Below are positions 20,364 to 31,399 of a stretch of 64,000 bases of DNA, in pieces. The translations under genes and the position numbers were made by a program. This DNA comes from an uncultured Gemmatimonadales bacterium. Lineage in GTDB: Bacteria > Gemmatimonadota > Gemmatimonadetes > Palauibacterales > Palauibacteraceae. The stretch spans positions 192,001 to 256,000 of the forward strand of contig CAWANJ010000006.1 in the NCBI GenBank assembly GCA_963783385.1, given 5' to 3'. The notes under the pieces are model-generated. The model saw only the letters and a program-made list of their open reading frames with translations, ran no database searches and had not been told where the DNA came from. The stretch's first letter is position 1, and each line of letters opens with the position of its first letter.

Positions 20364-21026
20364 GGCCGTAGCCCTCCTCCAGCTCGGGATGTCGCTCCAG
20401 GATCCGGGGACGGATCGAGCGGCGGGCCCGGAGCAACGTCACGCGCACGGTCGAGGGACTGAGCTCGAGGGCCTCGGCCACCTCCGCCGGGGAGTCGGCC
20501 CTGCAGGTCCACCAGGTCGAACACCTGCCGCTGGCGATCGGGCAGCTCTCGGAAGAAGACCCGCACCAGGCCAGCCACGTCGCGTGCGTACAGGGCGTCG
20601 ATGCCGTCCGCCCGGTCACTGTTCGCCGCCGGCGCACCGGCCGTCCCGCCGACCGGCGCCGCCCTCTCGCGGAATCCCTCCAGCGACACGATCCTGGCAT
20701 TCCGGCCCCGCTCCAGCGTCGTCGCCTCGTTCATGGTGATCCGGTACAGCCACGTCTCCAGCCGCGCTTCGCCCCGGTAGTCCCCCAGGTGCTCGTGGGC
20801 GCGAATCAGGACATGCTGCACGACGTCGTCCGCCGCGGCCGGGTCGCCGGTGCGCACCACGGCCCAGCGGCGGAGGAGCGGCTCGACGACGACGAGCCAG
20901 CTGTCCGAACGCCTCCTCGTCGCCCCCGCGCGCCCTGTTCGCGAGATCGGCCAGGGGGACCTCGCCCGGCAGCGGATCGCTCAGTCGTCGCTCCCTTTCC
21001 GGGTTCGGGCTCCGCGTGCGAGCCAT
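20353..21026 (-). CDS. ECF RNA polymerase sigma factor (frameshifted)
   Basis: Region 2 AADDVVQ...YRGEARLETWLYRITMN; region 4 LPDRQRQVFDL...EVAEALELSPSTVRVTLLRAR. Confidence 0.88.
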
Positions 21027-21186
21027 GAGACGCGGCCGGGGCCCCGAGCGTTTACTCGGGTCGGTTCGGGCTTGTCTCCCGTGCGCCGCAGGGCGTAGAC
21101 TGTGCGGGCGATTTCCCGTTCCGGGACGCGGCCGGATGTCGGCCGCCGTCGCCCGGCCGGACCGCTCACTCCATGGGAGACCCGTG

Positions 21187-21351
21187 ATGGCCACGTACGA
21201 GGTTCACTACAAGGACGGAACGGTGGAAACGGTCGAGGCGGATCGGCTGGCTCCCACCAAAGACGGCAAGCACTACGTCCTCCTGGACCCGGACGAGGAG
21301 ATCGTGGGTTACATCCCCTGCTCCGAGATCCGCAAGGTGCTCAAGGCCTGA
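21187..21351 (+). CDS. Small hypothetical protein (54 aa)
   Basis: RBS GGGAGA, GC3-biased codons, MATYEVHYKDGTVETVEADRL...IPCSEIRKVLKA. Confidence 0.7.
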   Translation: MATYEVHYKDGTVETVEADRLAPTKDGKHYVLLDPDEEIVGYIPCSEIRKVLKA

Positions 21352-21402
21352 CGCCGCCCCCCGGGGCAGCGCGCGCGTGCGCGCGCCGCTCCGGGCGTGG
21401 CG

Positions 21403-21620
21403 CTAGCGCCGGGAGAGCAGGTTGAGGAGCACCGTCAGCAGCGACGCTGAGGAGGATCATCCAGCCCAGCGGCACGTAGACGGTCCAGCCCTCGCCCCGC
21501 CACACGATGTCGCCCGGCAGGTGGCCGAGCCCCAGACGGCCGGCCAGGATCAGCAGGAGGCCCAGCGCCGCCATGGCCAGGCCGACGAGCAGCAGCACCC
21601 TGCCCGAGCTGGCCGATCAC
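21403..21620 (-). CDS. DUF2905 family small membrane protein (frameshifted)
   Basis: LGHLPGDIVWRGEGWTVYVPLGWMILLSV...LLTVLLNLLSRR. Confidence 0.8.
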
Positions 21621-22470
21621 GCACCGTCCCCGCTCGTCCGTCCCGCAGGATACGCCACGGATGGGTGTAGACGTTCAGACGGTCCCCCCGGGCGAAGCCC
21701 GCGGCGGTGATGCCGAGATCATCGGCCATCTCGAGCGCGAGTCCCGTCGGCGCCGACTTCGACACCACCACCGGACAGCCCATCTTCACCACCTTGAGCA
21801 CGATCTCGGAGGAGATCCGCCCGCTGAACACCACGAGCCGCTCTCCGAGCTCGAGGCCCGAGCGCAGCGCCCACCCGTACAGCTTGTCGAGCGTGTTGTG
21901 GCGACCGATGTCCGTCCGCACGACCTCCAGCCGCCCCCCGGCCGCAAGGCCCGCGTTGTGGACGCCGCCGGTGCGCCCGAACACGGGCGAGGCGGCCTGC
22001 AGCTCCTCCATGAGCCGCAGGCAGGTGGCCGGATCGAGGCGCAGGTCGGACTCCACGCGCCGGGCCGTGCGGGCGTCGTTGGCCAGGTAGAAGCCGGTGC
22101 GGCTCTTCCCGCAACAGGACCCGACATACCGCTTCCCGAACATCGCCTGCTCCAGCTCGGCGTCGCGCTCGGGCGCCTCCACGACCACGCGTCCGCGCTC
22201 GGCATCCAGGAAGAAGCGGTCGATCGTCTCCCCGCGGCGCAGGATTCCCTCCGCGGTCAGGAAGCCGAGCGCGAGATCCTCCAGGTGAGAGGGGGAGCAG
22301 ACCAGGGTGGCGAGCTCGCGGTCGTTGACGACCAGGGTGAGGGGGTGCTCGGCGGCCACCTCCTCCGACCCCCGTTCCACGCGGGCGCCTCCCTCCTCCA
22401 CCCTCCAGGCCTCATGAGCGGAGGTGAGCGGCCCATCGTCCTCCGGGACGCGTGTACGCTCGGTCGCCAT
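21550..22470 (-). CDS. fdhD: Formate dehydrogenase accessory sulfurtransferase FdhD (true stop possibly 21617)
   Basis: EHPLTL, LALGFLTAEG, SCCGK, TGGVHNAG, DIGRHNTLDKLYG, SGRISSEIVLK, SAPTGLA. Confidence 0.95.
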   Translation of the reverse strand: MATERTRVPEDDGPLTSAHEAWRVEEGGARVERGSEEVAAEHPLTLVVNDRELATLVCSPSHLEDLALGFLTAEGILRRGETIDRFFLDAERGRVVVEAPERDAELEQAMFGKRYVGSCCGKSRTGFYLANDARTARRVESDLRLDPATCLRLMEELQAASPVFGRTGGVHNAGLAAGGRLEVVRTDIGRHNTLDKLYGWALRSGLELGERLVVFSGRISSEIVLKVVKMGCPVVVSKSAPTGLALEMADDLGITAAGFARGDRLNVYTHPWRILRDGRAGTVRDRPARAGCCCSSAWPWRRWASC

Positions 22471-22553
22471 CGTCCCGAAGCTACCCCGCCGGCCCGCCCG
22501 CGAGCCAGCGCCGTCCCTTTGCCCCGGGCGGCGCGGCCGCCTACCGTGCGGAC

Positions 22554-23267
22554 ATGATGGCCGAGGACGGAACGCCCGTGCGCCGCGGCTCCTTCGTCGT
22601 CCTCGCGGGTGGCGCCAGCCGCCGGATGGGCCGGGACAAGGCTCGGATCCCGGTGGGCGGCGCTCCCCTCCTGCTGCGCGTCCTGGAGACCGGCCGCCGA
22701 GCCTGCCTGGAGGGGATCCTGGTCACCGACCGGCCGGGGCGCTACGCGGACCTCCTCGCGGAGCAGGACCCGGGAGGTTGGCCGCTGCGCGCCGTGACCG
22801 ACCGGCGGCCCGGCCGGGGACCGCTGGCCGGACTCGAGGCGGGCCTGGCCGCCGCCGCCGAGTCCGCCTGCTTCGTGGCCGCCTGCGACCTGCCCGACCT
22901 GGATCCCGCCCTCGTGGCGGGCCTCCTGGGCGCCCTCGAGGCGGACGTGCCGTCCGCTGGCGCGAAGGGTGCCAATGCCTACGTCGACGTGGGCCGCCCG
23001 CGAGCCGTCGTCCCCGTGCGGGACGGACGGGACCAGCCCCTGTGCGCCGCCTACGAGCGGCGCGCGGCCCGCGAGGCCACGACCTGCCTGGACGCGGGCC
23101 GCTCGAGGGTCGACGCCTTCCTGGACCGCCTGGCCGTCCTCCGTCTCGCGGAAGCCGAGCTCGAGGCGCTGGTCGGAAGGGCGGACGCGGCGGCCTGGAC
23201 GCTGGACCTGGACCGCCCGGAGGAGCTGGAGGAGGCCCGCCGCCGACTCGACGATCCCATGCCGTAG
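22554..23267 (+). CDS. mobA: Molybdenum cofactor guanylyltransferase
   Basis: LAGGASRRMGRDKA, GPLAGL, ACDLP, QPLCAAY. Confidence 0.92.
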   Translation: MMAEDGTPVRRGSFVVLAGGASRRMGRDKARIPVGGAPLLLRVLETGRRACLEGILVTDRPGRYADLLAEQDPGGWPLRAVTDRRPGRGPLAGLEAGLAAAAESACFVAACDLPDLDPALVAGLLGALEADVPSAGAKGANAYVDVGRPRAVVPVRDGRDQPLCAAYERRAAREATTCLDAGRSRVDAFLDRLAVLRLAEAELEALVGRADAAAWTLDLDRPEELEEARRRLDDPMP

Positions 23268-23329
23268 GCAGACGGGCGCGGCACTCCCTGAGATTCACGG
23301 ACCTGAAGCGACGTTTCCGGAGGAATACG

Positions 23330-23857
23330 ATGAGCGAGAAGAAGCTCCAGGTGGAGCTCGAGCTGGTGGAAGGCTTCGAGTTCCGCGTACGGTTCGACGA
23401 CGCGTGGGAAGAGCTGATCATGGACGAGCCCGAGCCGCTCGGAGAGGACCGCGGCCCGAACGCCGCCCGGGTCCTGTCGGCCGCCGTGGGCAACTGCCTG
23501 AGCGCCAGCCTCCTGTTCTGCCTGCAGAAGTCGAAAGTCCGGCCGGCCGGGCTCAAGACCGCGGTGAGCACCTCGGTGGAGCGGAACGAGCGCGGACGGC
23601 TCCGGATCGCCGAGACGTCGGTGCACATCCACCTGGCCCTCGGTGACGAGGATCGCGACCGGGTGGCCCGCTGCATGGAGCTGTTCGAGGACTACTGCAT
23701 CGTCACCCAGAGCGTGCGCCGGGGACTCGACGTCGACGTCACCGTGTACGACCAGGATGGACGCGAGCTGCACCGGTCCGGCGACGGGGCGGCCCCGGAG
23801 GCTCCCGAGGAGGCCCCGGAGGAAGAGGCGAAGGCGGCGGCTCCCGAGAAGGCGTAG
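23330..23857 (+). CDS. OsmC family protein
   Basis: DEPEPLGEDRGPNA, AVGNCLSASLLFC, FEDYCIVTQSV; RBS GGAGG. Confidence 0.9.
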   Translation: MSEKKLQVELELVEGFEFRVRFDDAWEELIMDEPEPLGEDRGPNAARVLSAAVGNCLSASLLFCLQKSKVRPAGLKTAVSTSVERNERGRLRIAETSVHIHLALGDEDRDRVARCMELFEDYCIVTQSVRRGLDVDVTVYDQDGRELHRSGDGAAPEAPEEAPEEEAKAAAPEKA

Positions 23858-23893
23858 CGCCTTCCCCGGAGGGCCCGGGCGGGCGGCCCACCG

Positions 23894-24460
23894 CTACGTC
23901 GAGAGCGGCCCCGGGGAGACCAGCGGCCGTGAGCCCGGCGGGGCGAGGTCGGGGACGAGGAGCCCGGGGCGCTCGAGGCCGGTCTTGTGCTCCGCGCCGG
24001 CCGGCGGGGGTGTCCAGCCGGGTCGGATCTCGGGATGGTGGATCTCCCCGCCCAGCTCCGCCGCCCAGGCGGTGATCCCGGACGCCACCAAAGCCAGGAC
24101 CCACACGCCGAGGAGGGGCCCGCGTCGGATCGGGCCGCCGCGCCGCTGCCACAGGATCCACGCGGACGCGGCTGCCAGGACCAGGAGGCCGATCAGCACC
24201 CACAGCGCCGCATCCTCGTGGCGGTGGATGGCGGCACGGCTGATCCCGGGCATGTTCTCCACGACGTCCTGAGCCTCGTCCCCGAGGAGGTAGACCGGGA
24301 TCGCCATCAGACCCGCGCCCACGAAGGTCCACAGGCCCGCCAGGGCGATCCCCTCTCGCCTCCACAGGAGCCACAGGGTGAGGAGCCCCGTGCCCACGAA
24401 CACCCCCACGATCGGGAAGTGATTGAGCATAATGTGGAGGTGCGCGGCGTTCAGGTTCAT
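23894..24460 (-). CDS. DUF2231-like membrane protein
   Basis: HLHIMLNHFPI, IHRHEDAA, LGGEIHHPEIR conserved His pattern; 4 TM helices. Confidence 0.75.
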   Translation of the reverse strand: MNLNAAHLHIMLNHFPIVGVFVGTGLLTLWLLWRREGIALAGLWTFVGAGLMAIPVYLLGDEAQDVVENMPGISRAAIHRHEDAALWVLIGLLVLAAASAWILWQRRGGPIRRGPLLGVWVLALVASGITAWAAELGGEIHHPEIRPGWTPPPAGAEHKTGLERPGLLVPDLAPPGSRPLVSPGPLST

Positions 24461-24648
24461 GACTCCTCCTCGCATGGAACGGGCTCGTGGTCCGGGCCTA
24501 CCGTCCGCCGTCCGCGTGCCCGCGTGTCGCTCCCGCATGACCCCAACGTGCACGCATCGCGCCAGTTCGGATCCGGCCGGGGCGAGGGACGGTATAAGTC
24601 ACGCGACAGTCGTTCCCGATGCGTCCCCGCAGGACCCCGGAGGCCCTC

Positions 24649-25377
24649 ATGGCTGACCGCCGTGCGCGCACGCTCGCCGGTACCCTGTCCCTCGCCGCGC
24701 TCCTCGCGATCGCCGGAGCGGCGCCCCTCGCCGCCCAGGGACGCGGCTTCGGGCCGGTTCGCGGCCGGCTGGGCATTGGCGCCGACCTCGCGCTCCCCGT
24801 GGGGCAGTTCCACCAGTACGTCGACAACGGGTTCGGGGTGCGCGGCTTCGGCCTCCTCGCCCTGGACCCCTACGGCATCCTGGGCCTGCGGCTGGACGGC
24901 AGCTACGTCGTGTACGGGCACCAGAGCCGGGTCGTGCCGCTTAGCCCCACGGTGCCGCTCATCGACGTGCGCGTGAACACCGACAACCAGATCGTGTTCG
25001 GCTCGCTGGGACCGCAGCTCACCTTCCCGATCGGTCCGGTGCGTCCCTTCCTCCGGGGCGGCGTGGGCGTGTCCTACTTCGTGACCACCAGCTCCGTGAA
25101 GGGGACCTCGAACACGTCCTCCTTCGCCCAGACGACCAATTTCCACGACACCCGCCTCGCGCTGGAGGGCGGGGGAGGCCTGTGGATCCACCTGGGTGGG
25201 AGCAAGACGCCGATCGACCTCTCCCTGGAGGCGACCTACGTGCACAACGGCCGCGCGCGCTACCTGCGCAGGGAGAGCATCGTCGAGCAGCCGGACGGCT
25301 CGGTGACCATCACGCCGGTGCGGAGCGGGGCCAACCTGGTGACGCTGAACCTGGGGGTCGTGTTCGGGATCCGGTGA
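24649..25377 (+). CDS. Outer membrane beta-barrel protein
   Basis: Signal peptide, PVGQFHQYVDNGFG, alternating beta strands, C-terminal LGVVFGIR. Confidence 0.7.
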   Translation: MADRRARTLAGTLSLAALLAIAGAAPLAAQGRGFGPVRGRLGIGADLALPVGQFHQYVDNGFGVRGFGLLALDPYGILGLRLDGSYVVYGHQSRVVPLSPTVPLIDVRVNTDNQIVFGSLGPQLTFPIGPVRPFLRGGVGVSYFVTTSSVKGTSNTSSFAQTTNFHDTRLALEGGGGLWIHLGGSKTPIDLSLEATYVHNGRARYLRRESIVEQPDGSVTITPVRSGANLVTLNLGVVFGIR

Positions 25378-25450
25378 GCGGTGCCGCACGGCCGGCCGCA
25401 CCCGGGGTCACGGGCCGGCCACCGAATGCGGTCCGGCCGCCCGCGTCGGC

Positions 25451-26665
25451 CTACCCGCCTCCGAAGCGCACGCCGCGGCGCTCGCGGCCCAGGCCGGCTA
25501 CAACGGCTCCGAGCACCAAGACCACGCCCGCGGACACGGCCATCGAGCGCGCGTAGGTGAGGTGCTCGGCCACCCGGGACTGGATCCAGGGCATGAAGCC
25601 CGCCAGCCCGGCGCCGCACTGGTACGCGAAGCCCGGGAAGAATCCGCGCAGCGCGTCCGGCGACAGCTCGTTGATGTGCGCGGGAATGATGCCCCAGGCG
25701 CCCTGCACCATGAACTGCATCAGGAAGCCCCGCGATCCACAGGGGCGCGTGGACGGCGCGAGCACCCACAGCGGGATGCACGACGGCGCAGGAGCAGGGC
25801 GCCGACGATCGCGCGGCGGCGTCCGATGCGGTCGGACAAGTACCCGAAGAGCAGCCCGCCGAAGATCGCGCCCACCATCGAGATCATCGTGATGCGCGGC
25901 CAGCTCGGGGCTGAAGTGCCGGTCGCGCTGCAGGAAGGTCGGATACATGTCCTGCGTGCCGTGGGAGATCGCGGTCATGATGGTCATGAGGAGGGCGAGG
26001 TAGAGGAACAGCTTCCAGTTGGCGGGGATCTCCCCGACAGGTCCGCCACGTGGTGTGCCGCGACTCGTGCCACGCGTCGGTCTCCTTGACCTTCGAGCGC
26101 ACGAACAGCGTGAGGAGCGCGGGCAGGCCGCCGATGAAGAACATCGGCCGCCAGCCGAAGTGCGGGAAGACCACGAAGTAGCAGCGGCGGCCAGGAGGTA
26201 GCCGAACGCGTAGCCCTCCTGCAGCAGTCCCGACAGGATGCCGCGCCGCCGCACCGGCACGCTCTCCATGACCAGCGACGCGCCCACGCCCCACTCGCCG
26301 CCCATGCCGATCCCGAACAGGACCCGCAGGACCAAGAACGTCCCGTAGTTCGGCGCGAGCCCGCAGCACCTCGATGACCGAGAAGAAGAGGATGTCGATG
26401 ATCAGCGGCCGCCGCCGCCCGTAGCGGTCGGCCATGAGGCCGAAGATGAACGCGCCGACCGGGCGGAGGCGAGGCTGAGGGGGAGCGTCAGCGCGATGGC
26501 CGGCACCGAGCGGCCGAAGTCGTTGCCACCTGGCGCGAGCGCGAACACGAGCAGGAAGAAGTCGAAGGCGTCGAGCGTCCAGCCGAGGAAGCCGGCCAGG
26601 ACGGCCGGCCCGTGGTCCGGGGCGCCGCGAACGGCCGCGGGGGCCGAATAGAGCTTCGATTCCAT
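25451..26665 (-). CDS. MFS transporter, sialate/lactate:H+ symporter (NanT/Jen1-like), heavily frameshifted
   Basis: LGWTLDAFDFF, RPVGAFIFGLMADRYGRR, GIGMGGEWG, SHGTQDMYPTFL, GFFPGFAYQ. Confidence 0.88.
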
Positions 26666-27173
26666 GTCCGCTCCGGTGCGGTCGACGGAGGGCCCAGACC
26701 CGGCTCGGGGCCCGACCCGTGGCCGGGCCGGGGTGTGGGCTTGCCGAGTCTATCGTAATCGCTTCAGGTCTCTGTCGTGATCCCGGCGCCGCTAGAGGCT
26801 GTTGGACTCTTGGACTTTCTGCCGACATGCTGTCGTATTGTAATCTACGGCCATCGCGGATGCGAGGCCCAAGACAGGCGGTGGCGCATCAAGAGCAGAG
26901 GTCCATCACGTTGTACATTGGTTGACTGATTCACCGATCGCGGAAGATCCAAGCTCCGGGTGCTGCTACGTAACAGTCGAGCGATTGGGCTGACGACCCA
27001 TGGTAACTGCGAGCAACGTTCTCGCCGGCGAGGACGCCGTCGGGCATCACAGAGGACCGTGTAGCGAGACGCCGTACTCTGTCGGTCTGGAGACACCCAG
27101 TTTTACGCATCGGGATTAACGCTGCCGAGGTTGGCAGCAGACTCCGCGTCGACCATAGACGCCGAGGGAACCG

Positions 27174-28493
27174 ATGGCGAAGCTGGGAAAGGAGCAGGTC
27201 ATGGTGGCCAGGCAGATGATCCGGAACGGCCAGGTGTCGATCCGTCAGGTGGCGCGGCAGCTCGGCGTGACCGAGGGGGCCCTCCGCTACCGTCTCCGGA
27301 AGGGGGAAGCCGGGCCGGCCGTGGACGGCCGGTGGCTCCAGCCGACCGCGGTGGGTGGGCTGGAGGAGGCGGTCGGAGCGATCCTGGAGCGGCTGGGGTG
27401 CTTCCGGGTGACCGGGGAGGGCCGGCCGGTGCAGGCGCGGACGGTGTGCGAGTCCTGCGCCGGGACTACACCTACGAGGGAAGCTACCAGGCCGTAGTGC
27501 GGCACCTGAGGCGGCGCTACGGGGCGCGGCCGGTGCGGGCGCTGCGCCGGGTGGAGACGGCGCCGGGGGTGCAGGCCCAGCACGACTGGTTTGACGTCCA
27601 GACCCGGATACGGGGCGAGCCGGCGAAGCTCTCGGCCCTGGTGGGGACGCTCTCGCACAGCCGGGCGCGCTTCGCGTGGCTGAGCCGGACTCAGACGCAG
27701 CTGGCCCGGCAGACCGGCCACCTCGAGCTCTTCCGCCGCTACGGCGGGGTGCCGCTGTGGGTCCGGATCGACAATCTGAAGACCGGGGTGGCCCGGGGCG
27801 CGGCCCGACGGCGGTCCTCAACCCGAGCTACCGGGTCTTCCGCCCGCACCTGCGGCTTCCAGGTCGACCCGTGCCGGCCGGCCAAAGGCTCGGACAAGGG
27901 AAAGACCGAGCGTACGGTCCGCACCTTCCGGGACGTCTTCGGCGATCTCTTCCGGTCGGACTCAAGGGAACTGGAGATCTTGCAGGAGGCGGTCGACGAG
28001 CGCGCGCGCCGGGTGGCCGAGCGGCTCCGCTGCCCGGCCACGGGGACCACGGTGGCCGAGGCGCACCAGGCCGAGCGCTTCGTCCTCCAGCCGGTGCCCG
28101 AGACCTGCGAGCCCTTCGACGTGGTGGTCGCGCGCCGGGTGAGCCGCGACTGCCTGGTCGCCTTCGAGGGTCGCCGCTATAGCGTGCCCTTCCCCTGGGT
28201 CGGCCGGGACGTGGAGGTCATGGGCACCCTGGCCCACGTCGTCGTGCGGGGCGCAGGCGAGGTGATCGCCCGCCATCCGCGGGTACGCGGGCGCTCCTGG
28301 TGATCGACCCGGGCCACACGAAGGGAGCTCGACGGACCGGGTGCTCCGGCCGACGCCGGTCGGCCACAGGGCCCGGCTCCAGCTGGCGGGTCTCTCGGCG
28401 CCCTCGCTCAGCCACTTCTACCTCCTGCCGGAGCCGGCCGAGGTCGTGCGGCCCATCGACACGTACGCCCGGCTGGTGGAGGCCGTCCGATGA
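27174..28493 (+). CDS. istA: IS21 transposase IstA (frameshifted)
   Basis: N-terminal HTH; VETAPGVQAQHDW, GGVPLWVRIDNLK, DKGKTERTV, RRVSRDCLVAFEGRRYSVP. Confidence 0.92.
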
Positions 28494-29322
28494 GCGCCCG
28501 GCCGAAGGTGGACCTGGACGGCCTCGCCCGGAAGTGCGAGGCGCTGAGGCTCCTCCACATCGCCGAGTCCCTGCCCGAGGTGGTCGAGACGGGCACGCGC
28601 GAGAACATGACCCCGATCCACTTCCTCGAGGAGGTCCTCACCCGGGAGCTCACTGGAAGACCGAGCGCCGCATCGCCACCTCGCTGCGGCTCTCGGGCCT
28701 GCCGACCGGCAAGACGCTCGAGAACTTTGACTGGGCCTTCCAGCCCCGCGTCGACCGCTCCAAGGTCGAGGCCCTGGCCACCTGCGCCTTCCTGCGCGAG
28801 AGGGAGAACGTCCTCTTCCTCGGCCCGCCCGGCGTCGGGAAGAGTCACCTGGCCGCCGCCCTCGGGGTCAAGGCCATCAAGAACGGCTTCTCGGTCACCC
28901 ACTTCCTGCTGGACGACCTCATGCACGCCCTCCGGCAGGACGCGGCCGTGCCCCCGGGCCGCCTGCGCTCGAAGCGCTACATGAGCTCCGCTCTCCTCCT
29001 CGTCGACGAGGTGGGCTTTCGGCCCCTGGACCGCCACGAGGCCAACATCCTCTTCCGCCTCGTCTCCGCCCGCTACGAGAAGGGCTCGGTGGTCCTCACC
29101 TCCAACAAGCACGTCCGGGACTGGCCGGAGATCTTCGCCGGGGACGAGGTCCTCACCACCGCCATCCTCGACCGGCTCCTCCACCACGTCCACGTCGTCC
29201 ACATCGACGGGCGTAGCTACCGGCTCCGGGAGATCGGTGAGCTCCTCCAGCCGACCACGGCGTCCCCACCTCCACGGAAAGGAGGCGTCAGGCAGCCCGC
29301 TCTCTCGAGCCCGGGTGCGTAA
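28490..29322 (+). CDS. istB: IS21 helper AAA+ ATPase IstB (frameshift near 28655)
   Basis: KTLENFDWAFQP, GPPGVGKS, LLVDEVG, RYEKGS, AILDRLLHH, GRSYR. Confidence 0.95.
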
Positions 29323-29620
29323 AAATGGATGTCTCCAGACTGCGTAAAACTGGGTGTCTCTTGACAGACCGCGCGCCGATCGAGCCAGACGCCCAGATTC
29401 CAGCGGTCCCACAGGCGCATCAGCAACACCGGGCCGCGCGCGTCGGTCAGCTACCGGGCGCCGTGGAGGGGCCTCAGGGGAGCCGGGTCGCTTTGCAAAT
29501 GGAGCCGGGAACGAATACGATGGCTTCGCACCCGCTGGATGACCTTCGTCTCGGGGACCGTTCATGCCCGGCCACCCCACAACGTGGGCACTTGGCGGGT
29601 GCATTCCATCCCCCAATGCG

Positions 29621-30879
29621 TCACTCGGCGCAGGATCCAGGGCGAGCGACCTGCCCCACTCCATCTCGGTCGATGCACAGAATTTCCAGGAACTCTGCGT
29701 CCAGAGCGTCCCTACCCTTCAGGACTACTAGATGACTCGACCCTGCCACCACAGTGGCAGGAGCCGGCAGTTCGAGATCGCCAAGAACCTTCCCTCTTGA
29801 GCCGAGTAATACCCACTCCGCGCTATCTGTGGAGACGTGGGGAGTGCGGCGGACCCAGATGGTATGATCAGAACCCACGACGATCGCATTATAATCTGGG
29901 AGAACGTGACTCACCGGAGTCACGCGGACGACGCGGTCGTATGCCGCACCAACCCTACCTCGATCAGCTTTAGAAATCACAGTGCGCAGCAGCGTCATCT
30001 GTTTACGGACATCATGTTTGAGTCTCTCACGCTCCCGCTCGATGTCCTCGTCGGTGGCAATCTCCCGCCGGGTGCTCAGCGCCACCGCCGGCAACGTGTC
30101 GCCGTGCATGTCCACTCGCTCCCACTGTAAGGAGTCACTCCTACCTACCCAGAGCGTCTTCCCCACTACTACAGAGCGTGTCCGCGGCCCCAGAATTACG
30201 TCCTGGTAGAACGCGTCTTTTCCCTCGGTAATGAACCATGCCTGCGGATTAGATCGGCGCGCCACTACGTGCTGTGTTCCAGAGTCAGCATCGAAGAAGA
30301 CATAAGTCGTCGTATCGAAGACGGCCATTCTCTGTTGGCCGGTCCGACGGCTCACTCGCCGGCCTCGGTCGCTGAACACGGCGGAACATCCGGAGACAAA
30401 TCCCACTAGGTTAGGCCGCAGCTGGAAAAGCCGGCGAGTGAGGGACTCCGGGTACCGAGGACGCGTCCATCAGCAGTCAGGTGGGTAATCCGGGTAAGCT
30501 GTATATCCCAAATGCAGAGCCCGGCGGTCGAGTCAAAAGCGATGTCCCGAATAGCCTCGAACATGCCGGGACCGGCGCCGCGTCCACCAAGGCTGCGCAG
30601 GAACCTGCCGTCCGTGGTGAACATCTCCACCTTCTGGGTAGCCTCGTCGGTCACGGCAAGTAGACTATCACCGAAGGTTGCAACCCCTCGGATCCGGCCA
30701 AATGCCGCAGGACCCTTTGCCGCCGCGCCCCCGATGTTCGCTATCTTCCGGTAGGACAGCACGGGCAGTTCCGGACTCTCTCGGCTCTGGGTAGGTTTCG
30801 AGGGTGCACAGGCCATGGCGGCGATTCCAAAGAGAGCGGCCAAGGCGAATGAGTCAACCGCGCGTAGGGAGAGGCTCAC
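29621..30879 (-). CDS. 6-bladed beta-propeller lipoprotein (frameshift near 30406)
   Basis: Lipobox AMAC; FTTDGRFLRSLGGRGAGPGMF; SDHTIWVRR...WVLLGSRGKVLGDLELP...RDALDAEFL. Lower GC than the flanks. Confidence 0.8.
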
Positions 30880-31263
30880 GAGATCACTTCCAAGGGGTTA
30901 GTCTGAGGAAGCCTTTTAGTCACAAGGGCGAGAAGCCACACTCCGCCTAGACGCAGGAAAATGTCGAGTCCGCCCATCGCGGGCGCACGAAGCGTCGAGA
31001 GAATGCCATTCCGACTGTGGCCATTCGACGACCTGTGAACCCACACTTTACGCACCCTAAGTCCGACACAATGCAGAAGCTGGGGAAACGCAGCAGAGCG
31101 TAAGCTCCCGCGGCGCATGACTCGGTTGAGTCCGGCCGATGCAACATACCCGCAAGTTCTCCGATAGATAGACCCGGACACGCCGGCTGGCTCTGCCACT
31201 CGACTTCTTGCGGTTGCATCCGAACTGCAAAGGCAGCAGAAGACATCGGGGAGTGTAAGGAAG

Positions 31264-31398
31264 TTAGCCGCAGATTACGCCAACTCCTTGGCTTACGTCA
31301 TTGCAGGTCCACGAAGCGCAACCGTTGCTACAAAGGAGGAAGCTACACCCCCCTCCACCGCACACGTCACACGAACCTGCAGAGCCGGACGTGCAGAC
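31264..31398 (-). pseudogene. 5'-truncated Cys-rich peptide gene
   Basis: Frame reads VCTSGSAGSCDVCGGGGCSFLLCSNGCASWTCNDVSQGVGVICG* (8 Cys). No in-frame start nearby; the 5' part is replaced by IS1380 sequence. Confidence 0.6.
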
Positions 31399-31399
31399 C

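Larger units (their letters stand above)
27080..29366 (+). mobile_element. IS21 family insertion sequence
   Basis: TG...CA ends. Left TGTCGGTCTGGAGACACCCAGTTTTACGCA; the right end carries two tandem inverted copies ending TGCGTAAAACTGGGTGTCTCTTGACA. Contains istA and istB. Confidence 0.92.

Noticed and set aside
28640-28670. Programmed frameshift in istB
   Set aside because: No slippery heptamer; IS21 istB is not normally frameshifted; indels are pervasive in this assembly.
30947-31246. 99-aa Cys-containing ORF between the peptide and the propeller
   Set aside because: No RBS, signal peptide or motif, and several frames are equally plausible; left uncalled, though it may be a decayed part of the module.
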